NCBI GenBank assembly: GCA_038231435.1
Contig: JBBRLJ010000011.1
Span: forward strand, 32,001-96,000
Source of the DNA: Planctomycetota bacterium
GTDB taxonomy: Bacteria; Planctomycetota; UBA11346
Direction of reading: 5' to 3'
Length of the DNA: 64,000 nt
Part shown: one piece after another, positions 45,403 to 54,458 of the stretch
Layout of the letters: each line of letters opens with the position of its first letter
Numbering within the stretch: the first letter of the stretch is position 1
Translations under genes and position numbers: made by a program
Notes under the pieces: generated by a model
Seen by the model: only the letters and a program-made list of their open reading frames with translations
Databases searched by the model: none
What the model was told of the DNA's origin: nothing

Positions 45403-46221
45403 ATGACGCTTCCCGATGCCACGCCCGCGGCCCTGCTCGACGCCTTCCTGACCGCCCACGCCCAGGGTCTGGCGGTGCCGGCGGCGCTGTACGCGCGCGG
45501 CGAGGAGCTGCATCGTCGGCTCTCGCCAGCTCCCCCGCGCATCCCGTCCTGGGGACGCTTCCTGGTGGCGTTGGGCCATCTCGCCGCCGAGGCCTGCGAC
45601 GACGCCGCCGCCGCCAGCCGCTACTTCTTGCAGGCCCTCACCCAGGTCGAGCTGCACGGCGACCACGAGGCCGCGGTGACCGCCGGCTACGACCAAGGGG
45701 TGCTGCAGGAACGGCGTGGCGCGCTGGTCCATGCGCGCGCCGCGTACCTCGCCGCCAGTCGCGAGGGCTTCCGTCTACGGGTGATCGCGCCGAGCACGCT
45801 GCGCGCTGGTCTCGGCGCGGTGCGCCTGCGATTCGCCGAGGACGGCGGCCTCGACGCGGAGACCGCGGCGCTCGCCAAGCGTGCGTGGCTCGGATGGCTG
45901 TGGTTGCGCCGCACCCTGCCCGAGAGCATCGATCGCGAGCTGGCGAGCGAACTCGGTCGGACCTTGGCCGCGCTCCTCCTGCCCGAGGACGATCCGACCG
46001 AGCTGGCGGCGCGCTGGCGCGCCTGGGCGCCGCCGGTGATCGCGGTGCCCGAGGGCTCATGGCGCGACGACGACCCGCGCTGCCTGGCCGAGCTCTTCGC
46101 CGCCGCCGCCGAAGCCGCCGACGAGCACCTCGCCGATGAATCGCCGCATGCCGCCGCGCCGTATCGGATGCTGCTGCAGGCCGCCGAACGGGCGACCCCG
46201 CCTCGCGACGCCCTGTCCTAG
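45403..46221 (+). CDS. Hypothetical helical (TPR-like) protein
   Basis: ATG 45403; 'ALGHLA...AASRYFLQAL' and 'YDQGVLQERRG...ARAAYL' TPR-like pairs. Confidence 0.6.
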   Translation: MTLPDATPAALLDAFLTAHAQGLAVPAALYARGEELHRRLSPAPPRIPSWGRFLVALGHLAAEACDDAAAASRYFLQALTQVELHGDHEAAVTAGYDQGVLQERRGALVHARAAYLAASREGFRLRVIAPSTLRAGLGAVRLRFAEDGGLDAETAALAKRAWLGWLWLRRTLPESIDRELASELGRTLAALLLPEDDPTELAARWRAWAPPVIAVPEGSWRDDDPRCLAELFAAAAEAADEHLADESPHAAAPYRMLLQAAERATPPRDALS

Positions 46222-46426
46222 TCGCACCACCTGAGACGCTCGAGCGTAGGCACCGACTCGCTCGTGGAGAGGCCTGGTAGACGCCCGCGGGTGTTTCCGT
46301 GGGCACGAATCCACACTGGCGATATCCCATCGCCCGTCCCCGCATGGGTTTCGCGTAGAGCATGATCCTTCGACCTTGCGCGTAGCAGTGGCGCTTACCA
46401 GACTCACCGACCAGTCTGGAGCCGAC

Positions 46427-49090
46427 ATGCCCCCATCGCCCAAATCGTCAGTCAGCAAGCGCGGTCAGGCCGCCAGTCCCGCGCTCGAGGCGCAGCACGT
46501 GGCGCGCGGCACCAGCAAGCGCACGCATGCGATCCCCGGCGCGGCGGGCGCGGCCGCCGATGCGCAGCCCGCGACCAGGTCGATCAGGCGGCCGCAATCC
46601 CAGGAGCTGCGCGAGAGCGCCGAGACCCAGCCGCTGTCTCCGGGACTGGGCATGGATGCGAAGCACTTGCGCGAGGACATCTTCAGGCACCTGAGCTACA
46701 CCCTCGGCCGCGACAGCCACTCCACCAGCCAACGCTACCGCTACAGCGCCACCGTGCTGGCGATCAGGGACCGCCTGATGGAACGCTGGAAGGCGACCCA
46801 CGCCGCGTACTACCACGCCGACTGCAAGCGCGGCTACTACATGTCGCTCGAATTCCTGATGGGCCGCGCGCTCGGCAACTCGCTGCTGAACCTCGGCATC
46901 ACCGGCCAGACCGATGAAGCGCTGAAGGGACTCGGCCAGCGCCTCGAGGATATCATCGAGGAGGAGGCCGACGCCGGTCTCGGGAATGGCGGCCTCGGCC
47001 GCCTCGCCGCCTGCTTTCTCGACAGCTGCGCCACGCTGTCGCTGCCGGTCTACGGCTACGGCATCCGCTACGACTACGGCATGTTCCGCCAGCGCATCGT
47101 CAACGGCGCGCAGACCGAGGAGCCCGACCACTGGCTCGCGTTCGGCACCTTCTGGGAGCTGCACCGCCCAGAATACACCCGTCGCGTGCACTTCGGAGGC
47201 CGAACCGAGTACTACAAGGACGCGAAGGGCGGCAGCCGCGTGCGTTGGGTGGAATGCGACGACGTGCTCGCGGTACCGTACGACATGCCCATCCCCGGCT
47301 ACAAGAACGGCACGGTGAACACCCTGCGCCTGTGGAGCGCCACCTCGACCGAGGATTTCAACCTGGCCGAGTTCAACGCGGGCGATTACGCCGGCGCCAT
47401 CGCCGAGCGCTCGCAGGCCGAGAACATCTCGCGCGTGCTGTACCCGAACGACAAGAGCGAGAACGGCAAGGAGCTGCGGCTGCGTCAGCAGTACTTCCTC
47501 GCCAGCGCCAGCCTGCAGGACATCCTGCGCCGCTGGGTCGGGGTCCATGGCGACGATTTCGCCGGCTTCGCCGACAAGAACGTCTGCCAGCTCAACGATA
47601 CCCACCCGACGGTGGCGGTCGCCGAACTCATGCGCCTGCTGATGGATGAGCACAGTCTCGGCTGGGATGAATCCTGGGCGATCGTCAGCCGCTGCATGGC
47701 CTACACCAACCATACGCTGCTGCCCGAGGCGCTCGAGAAGTGGTCGGTGCCGCTCTTCCGCTCGCTGCTGCCGCGCATCCTCGAGATCATCTACGAGATC
47801 AACGCGCGCTTCATGCGCGTGGTCGCCAACAAATGGCCCGGCGATACCGCCCGCCAGGCGCGCATGTCGATCATCGAGGACGGCCCGGTGCCGCACGTGC
47901 GCATGGCGTACCTGGCGATCGTCGGCTCGTTCTCGGTCAACGGCGTGGCCGCGCTGCATAGCCGTCTGCTGAAAGAGGACCTGTTCCGCGACTTCGACGA
48001 GCTGTGGCCCGAGCGCTTCAACAACAAGACCAATGGCGTCACCCAACGGCGCTGGCTGGCGATGTGCAATCCGCGACTCGCCGAATTGCTGACCAAGACC
48101 ATCGGCGATGGTTGGATCACCGATCTATCGACCCTCACCCGTATCGCCCCGCACGCCGGCGACGCCAAGTTCCGCAAGGCCTGGCGCGATATCAAGCAGG
48201 CCAACAAGCAGGATCTCGCCAACGTGATCCTGCGCGAGACCGGAGTCGACTTCCCGGTCGACGCCATGTTCGACGTCCAGGTGAAGCGCATCCACGAGTA
48301 CAAACGCCAGCTCCTGAACGCGCTGCACGTCATCCACCTCTACGACCGCATCAAGCGCGGCGACACCAAGAACTGGACCAAGCGCGCGGTGCTCTTCGGT
48401 GGCAAGGCCGCTCCTGGCTACGCCATGGCCAAGACCATCATCAAATTCATCAACAACATCGCCGACGTGGTCAATTCCGACCCCGACGTGAAGGATCTGC
48501 TGCGCGTCGCCTTCATCCCCGACTACCGCGTCAGCCTGATGGAGAAGATCTGCCCCGCGGCCGACCTCTCCGAGCAGGTGTCGACTGCCGGCAAGGAGGC
48601 CAGCGGCACCGGCAACATGAAGTTCATGATGAATGGCGCCCTTACCATCGGCACCCTCGACGGAGCCAACATCGAGATCCGCGAGGAGGTTGGCGACGAC
48701 CACTTCTTCCTCTTCGGCAAGACCACCGAGGAGATCGCCGATCTGCGCAGGAAGTACGATCCGGTCGCGATCATCGAGGCCGACCCCGACTTCAAGCGCG
48801 TGGTCGCGCTGATCCGCTCGGGGCATTTCAACCAGGTCGAGCCCGGCGCGTTCGATGACATCATCGGCACCCTGACCAGCTGGGGCGACTACTGGATGGT
48901 ATGCGCTGATTTCGCCGACTACGTCCGCGCCCAGAACGCCGCCGCCGCCGCATACCGCGATAGCGACGGCTGGACTACCTCGAGCATCCTCAATACCGCG
49001 CACAGCGGCAAGTTCTCGACCGATCGGACGATGCTCGAATACAACAACGAGATCTGGCGTCTGCGCCAGGTGCCATCGATTCCGGTCTGA
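46427..49090 (+). CDS. glgP: Glycogen/alpha-glucan phosphorylase
   Basis: YYMSLEFLMGR, DAGLGNGGLGRLAACFLDS, QLNDTHP, AYTNHT, QVKRIHEYKRQ, EASGTGNMKF (PLP lysine). Confidence 0.98.
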   Translation: MPPSPKSSVSKRGQAASPALEAQHVARGTSKRTHAIPGAAGAAADAQPATRSIRRPQSQELRESAETQPLSPGLGMDAKHLREDIFRHLSYTLGRDSHSTSQRYRYSATVLAIRDRLMERWKATHAAYYHADCKRGYYMSLEFLMGRALGNSLLNLGITGQTDEALKGLGQRLEDIIEEEADAGLGNGGLGRLAACFLDSCATLSLPVYGYGIRYDYGMFRQRIVNGAQTEEPDHWLAFGTFWELHRPEYTRRVHFGGRTEYYKDAKGGSRVRWVECDDVLAVPYDMPIPGYKNGTVNTLRLWSATSTEDFNLAEFNAGDYAGAIAERSQAENISRVLYPNDKSENGKELRLRQQYFLASASLQDILRRWVGVHGDDFAGFADKNVCQLNDTHPTVAVAELMRLLMDEHSLGWDESWAIVSRCMAYTNHTLLPEALEKWSVPLFRSLLPRILEIIYEINARFMRVVANKWPGDTARQARMSIIEDGPVPHVRMAYLAIVGSFSVNGVAALHSRLLKEDLFRDFDELWPERFNNKTNGVTQRRWLAMCNPRLAELLTKTIGDGWITDLSTLTRIAPHAGDAKFRKAWRDIKQANKQDLANVILRETGVDFPVDAMFDVQVKRIHEYKRQLLNALHVIHLYDRIKRGDTKNWTKRAVLFGGKAAPGYAMAKTIIKFINNIADVVNSDPDVKDLLRVAFIPDYRVSLMEKICPAADLSEQVSTAGKEASGTGNMKFMMNGALTIGTLDGANIEIREEVGDDHFFLFGKTTEEIADLRRKYDPVAIIEADPDFKRVVALIRSGHFNQVEPGAFDDIIGTLTSWGDYWMVCADFADYVRAQNAAAAAYRDSDGWTTSSILNTAHSGKFSTDRTMLEYNNEIWRLRQVPSIPV

Positions 49091-49212
49091 GGGACGGCTC
49101 GGGAGAAGACGGAAGATCGAAGAACGAAGGTCACAGCTCGCGCGCCCTCTTCGATGTCCCCGGCCGTTCTCCCGTCCCTTGCCCCGGGGTACATCCCTCC
49201 ACCATCTCCCCC

Positions 49213-49932
49213 ATGCTCGTCCTCCACGGCTACACCGAGACCGACATCTTCTGGAGCGACCTGCTCGGCGCCCAGCTTCCGGCCGAATGCGTCCTGCTGC
49301 CGGGGCATGGCTGGAAACCCTGTCCGGACGGGACCACGCTGAAGAGCGTCGCCGCCGACATCGCCAAGCGCCTGCCGGCCGATGGCTCGGGAGATCTGCT
49401 CGGCTACAGCCTCGGCGGCCGCATCGCGCTGCAGCTCGCCTTGGATCATCCGGGCCGCGTCCGACGCCTGGTGCTGGTCAGCTGCGTGGCTGGCCTGCGC
49501 GACTCCACGGAGCGCGCCAAGCGACGGGCCCGCGATGAAGGCCTGGCGATGATCCTCGAGGAGGACGGCATCGGCTCGTTCCTCGCGCTCTGGGAAGGCA
49601 ATCCAGCGCTCAAGCCGGTGAAGCCACTGCCGCATCGGGTCTGCGAGACCATCCGCAGCATGCGCATGAACCAGGATCCTCTCGGGCTCGCGGCGGCGGT
49701 GCGCTGCATGGGCGTCGGCACCATGGAAGACCTGTGGGATCGCCTGCCGACCCTGAAGACGCCAGTGCTGATGATCGTCGGCGACCACGATCAGCGCTAC
49801 GTCAAGGCAATGGGCGAGATGGCGAAGGTCATCCCCGGAGCGCGCTTCGAGATCGTCCACGATTCGGGCCACGCGGTGCATCGCGAGCAGCCGTATGCGT
49901 TGCGGCAGCTGGTGGCGGGGTTCTTGTCCTAG
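49213..49932 (+). CDS. Alpha/beta hydrolase, MenH (SHCHC synthase)-like
   Basis: LHG, LPGHG, GYSLGGRIAL, 'ER..RR.RDE.LA', G..D, GHAVH.EQP; no other men genes in the window. Confidence 0.8.
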   Translation: MLVLHGYTETDIFWSDLLGAQLPAECVLLPGHGWKPCPDGTTLKSVAADIAKRLPADGSGDLLGYSLGGRIALQLALDHPGRVRRLVLVSCVAGLRDSTERAKRRARDEGLAMILEEDGIGSFLALWEGNPALKPVKPLPHRVCETIRSMRMNQDPLGLAAAVRCMGVGTMEDLWDRLPTLKTPVLMIVGDHDQRYVKAMGEMAKVIPGARFEIVHDSGHAVHREQPYALRQLVAGFLS

Positions 49933-49938
49933 CTGTCA

Positions 49939-49990
49939 GTTGGGGGGCTACGGCCCCCCCCCCCAACATCGCGCTCCGCGCTGCCCCCCG
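49939..49990. repeat. Third copy of the GTTGGGGGGC-TACG-GCCCCCC..AACATCGCGCTCCGCGCTGCCCCC element
   Basis: Near-identical to 10810-10855 apart from a longer C run; lies just after the hydrolase stop. Confidence 0.85.
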
Positions 49991-50061
49991 GGAGACAGTG
50001 AGCTGGGTGGGAAGGCTGGCCGGTCTGGCGACCGCCTGATAGTGAGCGCGGACGGCGCGTC

Positions 50062-50490
50062 TCAATTCTCGTGCTGCTTCCTGGCCATGCGTTCGCGGAC
50101 GGGTTTGGCGAGTTCGGGGAGACCGCATTCCTCGAGGACGCCGGCGACCACCACGGCGTCGTCATCGTAGCCGGCCACGTCCACGAAGTCGTTGCTGCCG
50201 TCGTCGATGAGCACGAAGTGGACCGCCGCCACGCGCAGCCAGTCGCGCTGCTGCGGGGTCAGCGACGGAGCGCGGTCGAAGGCTGCAAGCACCTGCTGGG
50301 CGAGCAGGCGCGACAGGCTCACCGAATCGATCGTACCGCGCATCACGGTGCGCGTGGTGTCGGATACGTGCATCAGCACCAGGTCGCGGTAGCGCTGATC
50401 GTCGACCTCGCCGAGCGCGGCCATGGCCTGTCGACAGCGCGCGATCTGCGCCGCGGTCATGGAGCGGGGGTCCTTGATCGGCTTGGACAT
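50062..50490 (-). CDS. DUF1232/YkvA-like small protein
   Basis: 'AAVHFVLIDDGSNDFVDVAGYDDDAVVV' resembles the YkvA Y...P.D.IPD....G..DD motif. Confidence 0.6.
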   Translation of the reverse strand: MSKPIKDPRSMTAAQIARCRQAMAALGEVDDQRYRDLVLMHVSDTTRTVMRGTIDSVSLSRLLAQQVLAAFDRAPSLTPQQRDWLRVAAVHFVLIDDGSNDFVDVAGYDDDAVVVAGVLEECGLPELAKPVRERMARKQHEN

Positions 50491-50541
50491 GGCGGCGAGA
50501 GTTGACCATCCACCGCGAGTGCAAGCGGCGTCAGCGCCTAT

Positions 50542-51507
50542 ATGCTCGGACCCGTGGACCGCGACCGCATCCTCGAAGCGCGCGACCTCTCGAAGAGCTA
50601 TGGACCGTTCCAGGCCCTGCACGGGGTCAGTTTCAGCCTGGACCGCGGCGAGGTGGTGGGCTTCCTCGGCCCGAACGGCGCCGGCAAATCAACCACGATG
50701 AAGATCCTCACCGGCTACGTCGCGCCGTCCGGGGGCTCAGCCACGATCGCCGGCCACGATCTGCACAGCGATCCGCTCGCCTGCCGCCGCGCGATCGGCT
50801 ACCTGCCCGAAGAGCTGCCGCTCTATCTCGACATGACGGTGACGTCCTACCTCGATCACGTCGCGCGGCTGAAGGGCGTGCCCCGCGCCGAGCGCCGCCG
50901 CGAGGTGGTCGAGGCGATCGAGGCCGCCTGGCTGGGCGAGAATGCGAACCGCCACATCCGCAAGCTCTCCAAGGGCAACCGCCAACGCGTGGGCGTGGCC
51001 CAGGCGCTGCTCGGCAAGCCGCCGCTGCTGGTGCTCGACGAGCCGACCTCGGGACTCGATCCGTCGCAGGTGGCAAATTTCCGCGAACTGGTGCGCCGCC
51101 TCGCCGAACGCCACACCGTGCTGCTCTCGACGCACATCCTGGGCGAGGTCGAGGCCACCTGCTCGCGCGTGGTCGTCGTCCACCGCGGACGCACCATCGC
51201 CGATGAATCGATCGAGGCGTTGCGCGCGCGCGCAGCACGGGCGACGCGGTTGCGGCTGCGCGTGCGCACCGAGGACGCCTCAGGGCTCGCTCAGGCGATG
51301 ACGGATGCCGGAGCTGGAACCGTGGTGTCACACGATCGCGACACCCTGATCGTCGAGTCGCCCGCCGAGCGGCGAGCGGAGCTGGTGGCCCTGACCGAGA
51401 GCCATGGCGGGCTGCGCGAGCTGGTCGAGGAGCGGCTGAGTCTCGAGGAGGTATTCCGAGAGCTGACTGCGAGCACACCGCCTGACACGATATCGAAGCC
51501 GCGATAG
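50542..51507 (+). CDS. ABC-2/GldA-like exporter ATP-binding subunit
   Basis: GPNGAGKSTT, IGYLPE..PLY.DMTV, LSKG.RQRVG.AQAL, LDEPTSGLDP, STHIL. Confidence 0.93.
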   Translation: MLGPVDRDRILEARDLSKSYGPFQALHGVSFSLDRGEVVGFLGPNGAGKSTTMKILTGYVAPSGGSATIAGHDLHSDPLACRRAIGYLPEELPLYLDMTVTSYLDHVARLKGVPRAERRREVVEAIEAAWLGENANRHIRKLSKGNRQRVGVAQALLGKPPLLVLDEPTSGLDPSQVANFRELVRRLAERHTVLLSTHILGEVEATCSRVVVVHRGRTIADESIEALRARAARATRLRLRVRTEDASGLAQAMTDAGAGTVVSHDRDTLIVESPAERRAELVALTESHGGLRELVEERLSLEEVFRELTASTPPDTISKPR

Positions 51508-51535
51508 CCGCCGCCGCACGCGTGGCTAGTAGGGG

Positions 51536-52462
51536 CTAGCCGGGGTCTCTGCCTGCGCCCAGACCAGGCTTGGCCTGCCGGCGGAAATCGCGCGGGCTCA
51601 AGCCCGAGAAACGCTTGAAGGCGGTCGAGAACGCGAATTCATTGCGATATCCGATCCAATCGGCGATGCGCTTGAGTGGTTCGTCGGTCTCGCGCAGGAA
51701 CTGGCGCGCGCGCTCCATGCGCAGGCGCGTGACCATCGCCATCGGCTTGACGTCGAAATGGCGCGCGCACAGGCGGTACAGATTGATCTGCGATTCGTGC
51801 ACGTGTCCGGCCAGCGCGGCCACCGACCACGGATGGCGGAGATTGCGGTCGACCTCGTCCCACAGCTGCTGCAGGCGCCGGCGGATGGCGGCGGAGCGAG
51901 GATCGACATCGGCGGCGAGCTCACGCTCGAGGTAGCAGCCGATCAGCTCGGCGTTGAGCTCGACCGCGCGCCGCGCGCCGTCATCGCTGCCGCGCGCCTC
52001 GACGAGGAAGCCTTCCATCGCGGCCTGCAGGCGCGCGGTGAAGGCGGCGGCATGGATGACGGGGGCGCGACCACGCAGCGCCTGGCCGATGCCCGTCGAC
52101 AGCGCGAGGTGGAACCACAGCACCTGCCATCTGGCCGACCTGATGCCGTATGCGCATGGGGTGCCGGCGGGCACGATCAGCAGCTCGCCAGCGCCGATCT
52201 CGGCGGGACAGCCTGCTACATCGACCCAGCCGCTCCCGGCGACGGTGTACAGCGCGAGATGGAAGGTCGGCTGGGCGCGGCTGATCTCGTACGGCTTGAC
52301 CAGATCGCTGATGCCCGACCACATCACGCCGACATCGCGCAACGCCACCGCTGACTGGTGCTCGATCGCGAGGAAGCGCTCCTGGCAATCCGGCCCGATG
52401 ACGTGGAGCGTCTTCCGGGGAGACGGCGGAGAGTGCGGAGCGTCCACCATCGCTGATGGCAT
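51536..52462 (-). CDS. AraC-family transcriptional regulator
   Basis: N-terminal cupin-like domain; C-terminal 'RLRMERARQFL...IADWIGYRNEFAFSTAFKR.SGLSP..FR'. Confidence 0.93.
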   Translation of the reverse strand: MPSAMVDAPHSPPSPRKTLHVIGPDCQERFLAIEHQSAVALRDVGVMWSGISDLVKPYEISRAQPTFHLALYTVAGSGWVDVAGCPAEIGAGELLIVPAGTPCAYGIRSARWQVLWFHLALSTGIGQALRGRAPVIHAAAFTARLQAAMEGFLVEARGSDDGARRAVELNAELIGCYLERELAADVDPRSAAIRRRLQQLWDEVDRNLRHPWSVAALAGHVHESQINLYRLCARHFDVKPMAMVTRLRMERARQFLRETDEPLKRIADWIGYRNEFAFSTAFKRFSGLSPRDFRRQAKPGLGAGRDPG

Positions 52463-52557
52463 GGTGGAAGGATGGTGGCGGGTTCAACGGGGGAATGAGG
52501 GAAGCAGAGCGGAGAGCGGAGTGCCGAGAGCGCAGAAGAAAGCGCCAGGGAGCGATG

Positions 52558-54408
52558 TCAGCGCTTCACCTTGGCCCTCCGGCTCGAAGTCGCCTTGGTG
52601 GCGGCGGTGACGGATATCGGGGTGATGCCGGCCAGCTCGATCGCCGCTGGACGGGCCTGGGCCGCGCGCAGGCGCGCGAGATCGAGCTTGAGTGAGCGGT
52701 CGAAGCGGACCACGCCGTTCTGTTCCTGGAAGACGTCGGTGAGCTGGGTGTAGCAGTAACCGAACATCCGTGGGTCGTCGAGCAGCACCGCACAGAGCCC
52801 CGCGAAGCGTAGATGGAATTCCTCGACTGTCTGCGGCTTGTTGCCATAGCCCCAAGATGGTTCGCCCGGCTTGAGGTCGGGGTTCCACCAGATTCCGCCA
52901 AATTCGCTGACGAAATACGGCTGGCCGCGGTACGGGATGTTGTGCTGGCCGGGCGAATGATTGATGAACGGCTTGCCGATGCGCAGCCCGGCCTGGTTGA
53001 CCGCGAACGTAGCCGGATCCTGCTCGTAGTCGTGGCTGTCGTAGATGTCGCTCTCGGCAACGCGGTGCGAATACCCGGACACGTCGAGGACGGGCCGCGA
53101 GGTGTCCATCGCCTTGGTGGCCAGGTACAGCGCGCGCATCAGGTCGTCGTGGGCGTGGATGGTGTCCTCGATGCGGTACGAGGTCTCGTTCATCGGGCAC
53201 CAGCCGACGATCGACGGATGGGAATAATCCCGTTCCAGCGCCTCGAGCCATTGCGCCGCATACGTAGCGCCCCACTGCCGCTCATCGTGCAGGTGGCCGA
53301 GCGTGCTCCACGACCAGTCGCCGAATTCGCCCCAGCACAGGTAGCCCATGCGGTCGGCGTGGTACAAGAAGCGCTCCTCGAAGACTTTCTGGTGCAGTCG
53401 CGCGCCATTGAACCCAGCGGCAAGCGACAGCTCGATGTCCTTCACCAGCGCCTGGTCGGACGGCGCGGTCATGATGCCGTCGGGGTAGTAACCTTGGTCG
53501 AGCACCAGGCGCTGGAACACCGGCTTGCCATTGAGCACCACGGCCATGCCATCGATCGCCACCGAACGCAATCCGGCGTAGCTCTCGACGCGGTCGATGA
53601 TCACGCCAGACGAATTGCGCAGCTCGAGGCGCAGCGCGTACAGGTGCGGATCCCCGCACGACCACAAACGGCGGCGCGAGACCGGGATCGGCACCGTCAG
53701 GCGCGGCGACAGCTCGAGCCCGGTGGCGACCGTGGCCTTGGCGACCACGCCCTTCGCGTCCGAGAGCGTCGCGGTCACGGTCATGCCGCGCTCGACGCGC
53801 GTGAGCGGTTGCTCGAGATGGAAGCATCCGTTGGCGACGTCTGGCGTAATGCGCGTGCGCTCGAGCGCGCAAGCCGCGACCGGTTCCATCCATACCGTCT
53901 GCCAGATGCCGGTGGTGCGGGTGTAGTGGCATCCGCAGTTGCCGTGGATCGGCACCTGCTTGCCACGCGGCTGCGGCGGAGCCCAGTCGTCGCGTGCGCG
54001 CACCGTGACCACCGCCTTGGCGCCGGGCGCGACCGCGTCGGTGATGTCGCAGCGGAACGGCGTGAAGCCGCCGCGATGCCGGCCGACCTCGACGCCGTTC
54101 ACCCACACCGTGGCGTCGTAGTCCACCGCGCCGAAGTGCAGAACGATGCGCTTGCCCGCCCACGCCTCGGGCACCGGCACGCTGCGCCGGTACCACACCG
54201 CCAGCATGCGATCGGTGTACCCGATTCCCGACAGCGTCGATTCCGGGCAGAACGGCACGGTGATGGCGCGGTCGAACGGCCTCGACAGTCCGCGCTCGAA
54301 GCCGCTGTCGCCGTGATCGATCTCGAATTCCCATTGGCCATTCAGGCACAGCCACTCGTCGCGGCGGAACTGCGGACGGGGATATTCGCTACGCGGGATG
54401 GACGGCAT
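52558..54408 (-). CDS. Glycoside hydrolase family 2 (paralogue B)
   Basis: EYPRPQF, LNGQWEF, VPFCPES.LSG, HFGAVDY, TGIWQTVW.E, LDQGYYPDG, WCPMNE, SEFGG, GYCYTQLTDVFQE.NG. Confidence 0.93.
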   Translation of the reverse strand: MPSIPRSEYPRPQFRRDEWLCLNGQWEFEIDHGDSGFERGLSRPFDRAITVPFCPESTLSGIGYTDRMLAVWYRRSVPVPEAWAGKRIVLHFGAVDYDATVWVNGVEVGRHRGGFTPFRCDITDAVAPGAKAVVTVRARDDWAPPQPRGKQVPIHGNCGCHYTRTTGIWQTVWMEPVAACALERTRITPDVANGCFHLEQPLTRVERGMTVTATLSDAKGVVAKATVATGLELSPRLTVPIPVSRRRLWSCGDPHLYALRLELRNSSGVIIDRVESYAGLRSVAIDGMAVVLNGKPVFQRLVLDQGYYPDGIMTAPSDQALVKDIELSLAAGFNGARLHQKVFEERFLYHADRMGYLCWGEFGDWSWSTLGHLHDERQWGATYAAQWLEALERDYSHPSIVGWCPMNETSYRIEDTIHAHDDLMRALYLATKAMDTSRPVLDVSGYSHRVAESDIYDSHDYEQDPATFAVNQAGLRIGKPFINHSPGQHNIPYRGQPYFVSEFGGIWWNPDLKPGEPSWGYGNKPQTVEEFHLRFAGLCAVLLDDPRMFGYCYTQLTDVFQEQNGVVRFDRSLKLDLARLRAAQARPAAIELAGITPISVTAATKATSSRRAKVKR

Positions 54409-54458
54409 GGGGCTCCTCGATGCTTCACGGGTGCGGACGGATGCCGGGGCTCGCGCGG

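Noticed and set aside
49213..49932. Definite menH / menaquinone operon
   Set aside because: The motifs are MenH-like but no other men genes are in the window, so the gene symbol is withheld.
49954..49964. Long C homopolymer as a phase-variation tract
   Set aside because: It is intergenic, inside a repeat element downstream of convergent genes; more likely slippage or a sequencing homopolymer error.
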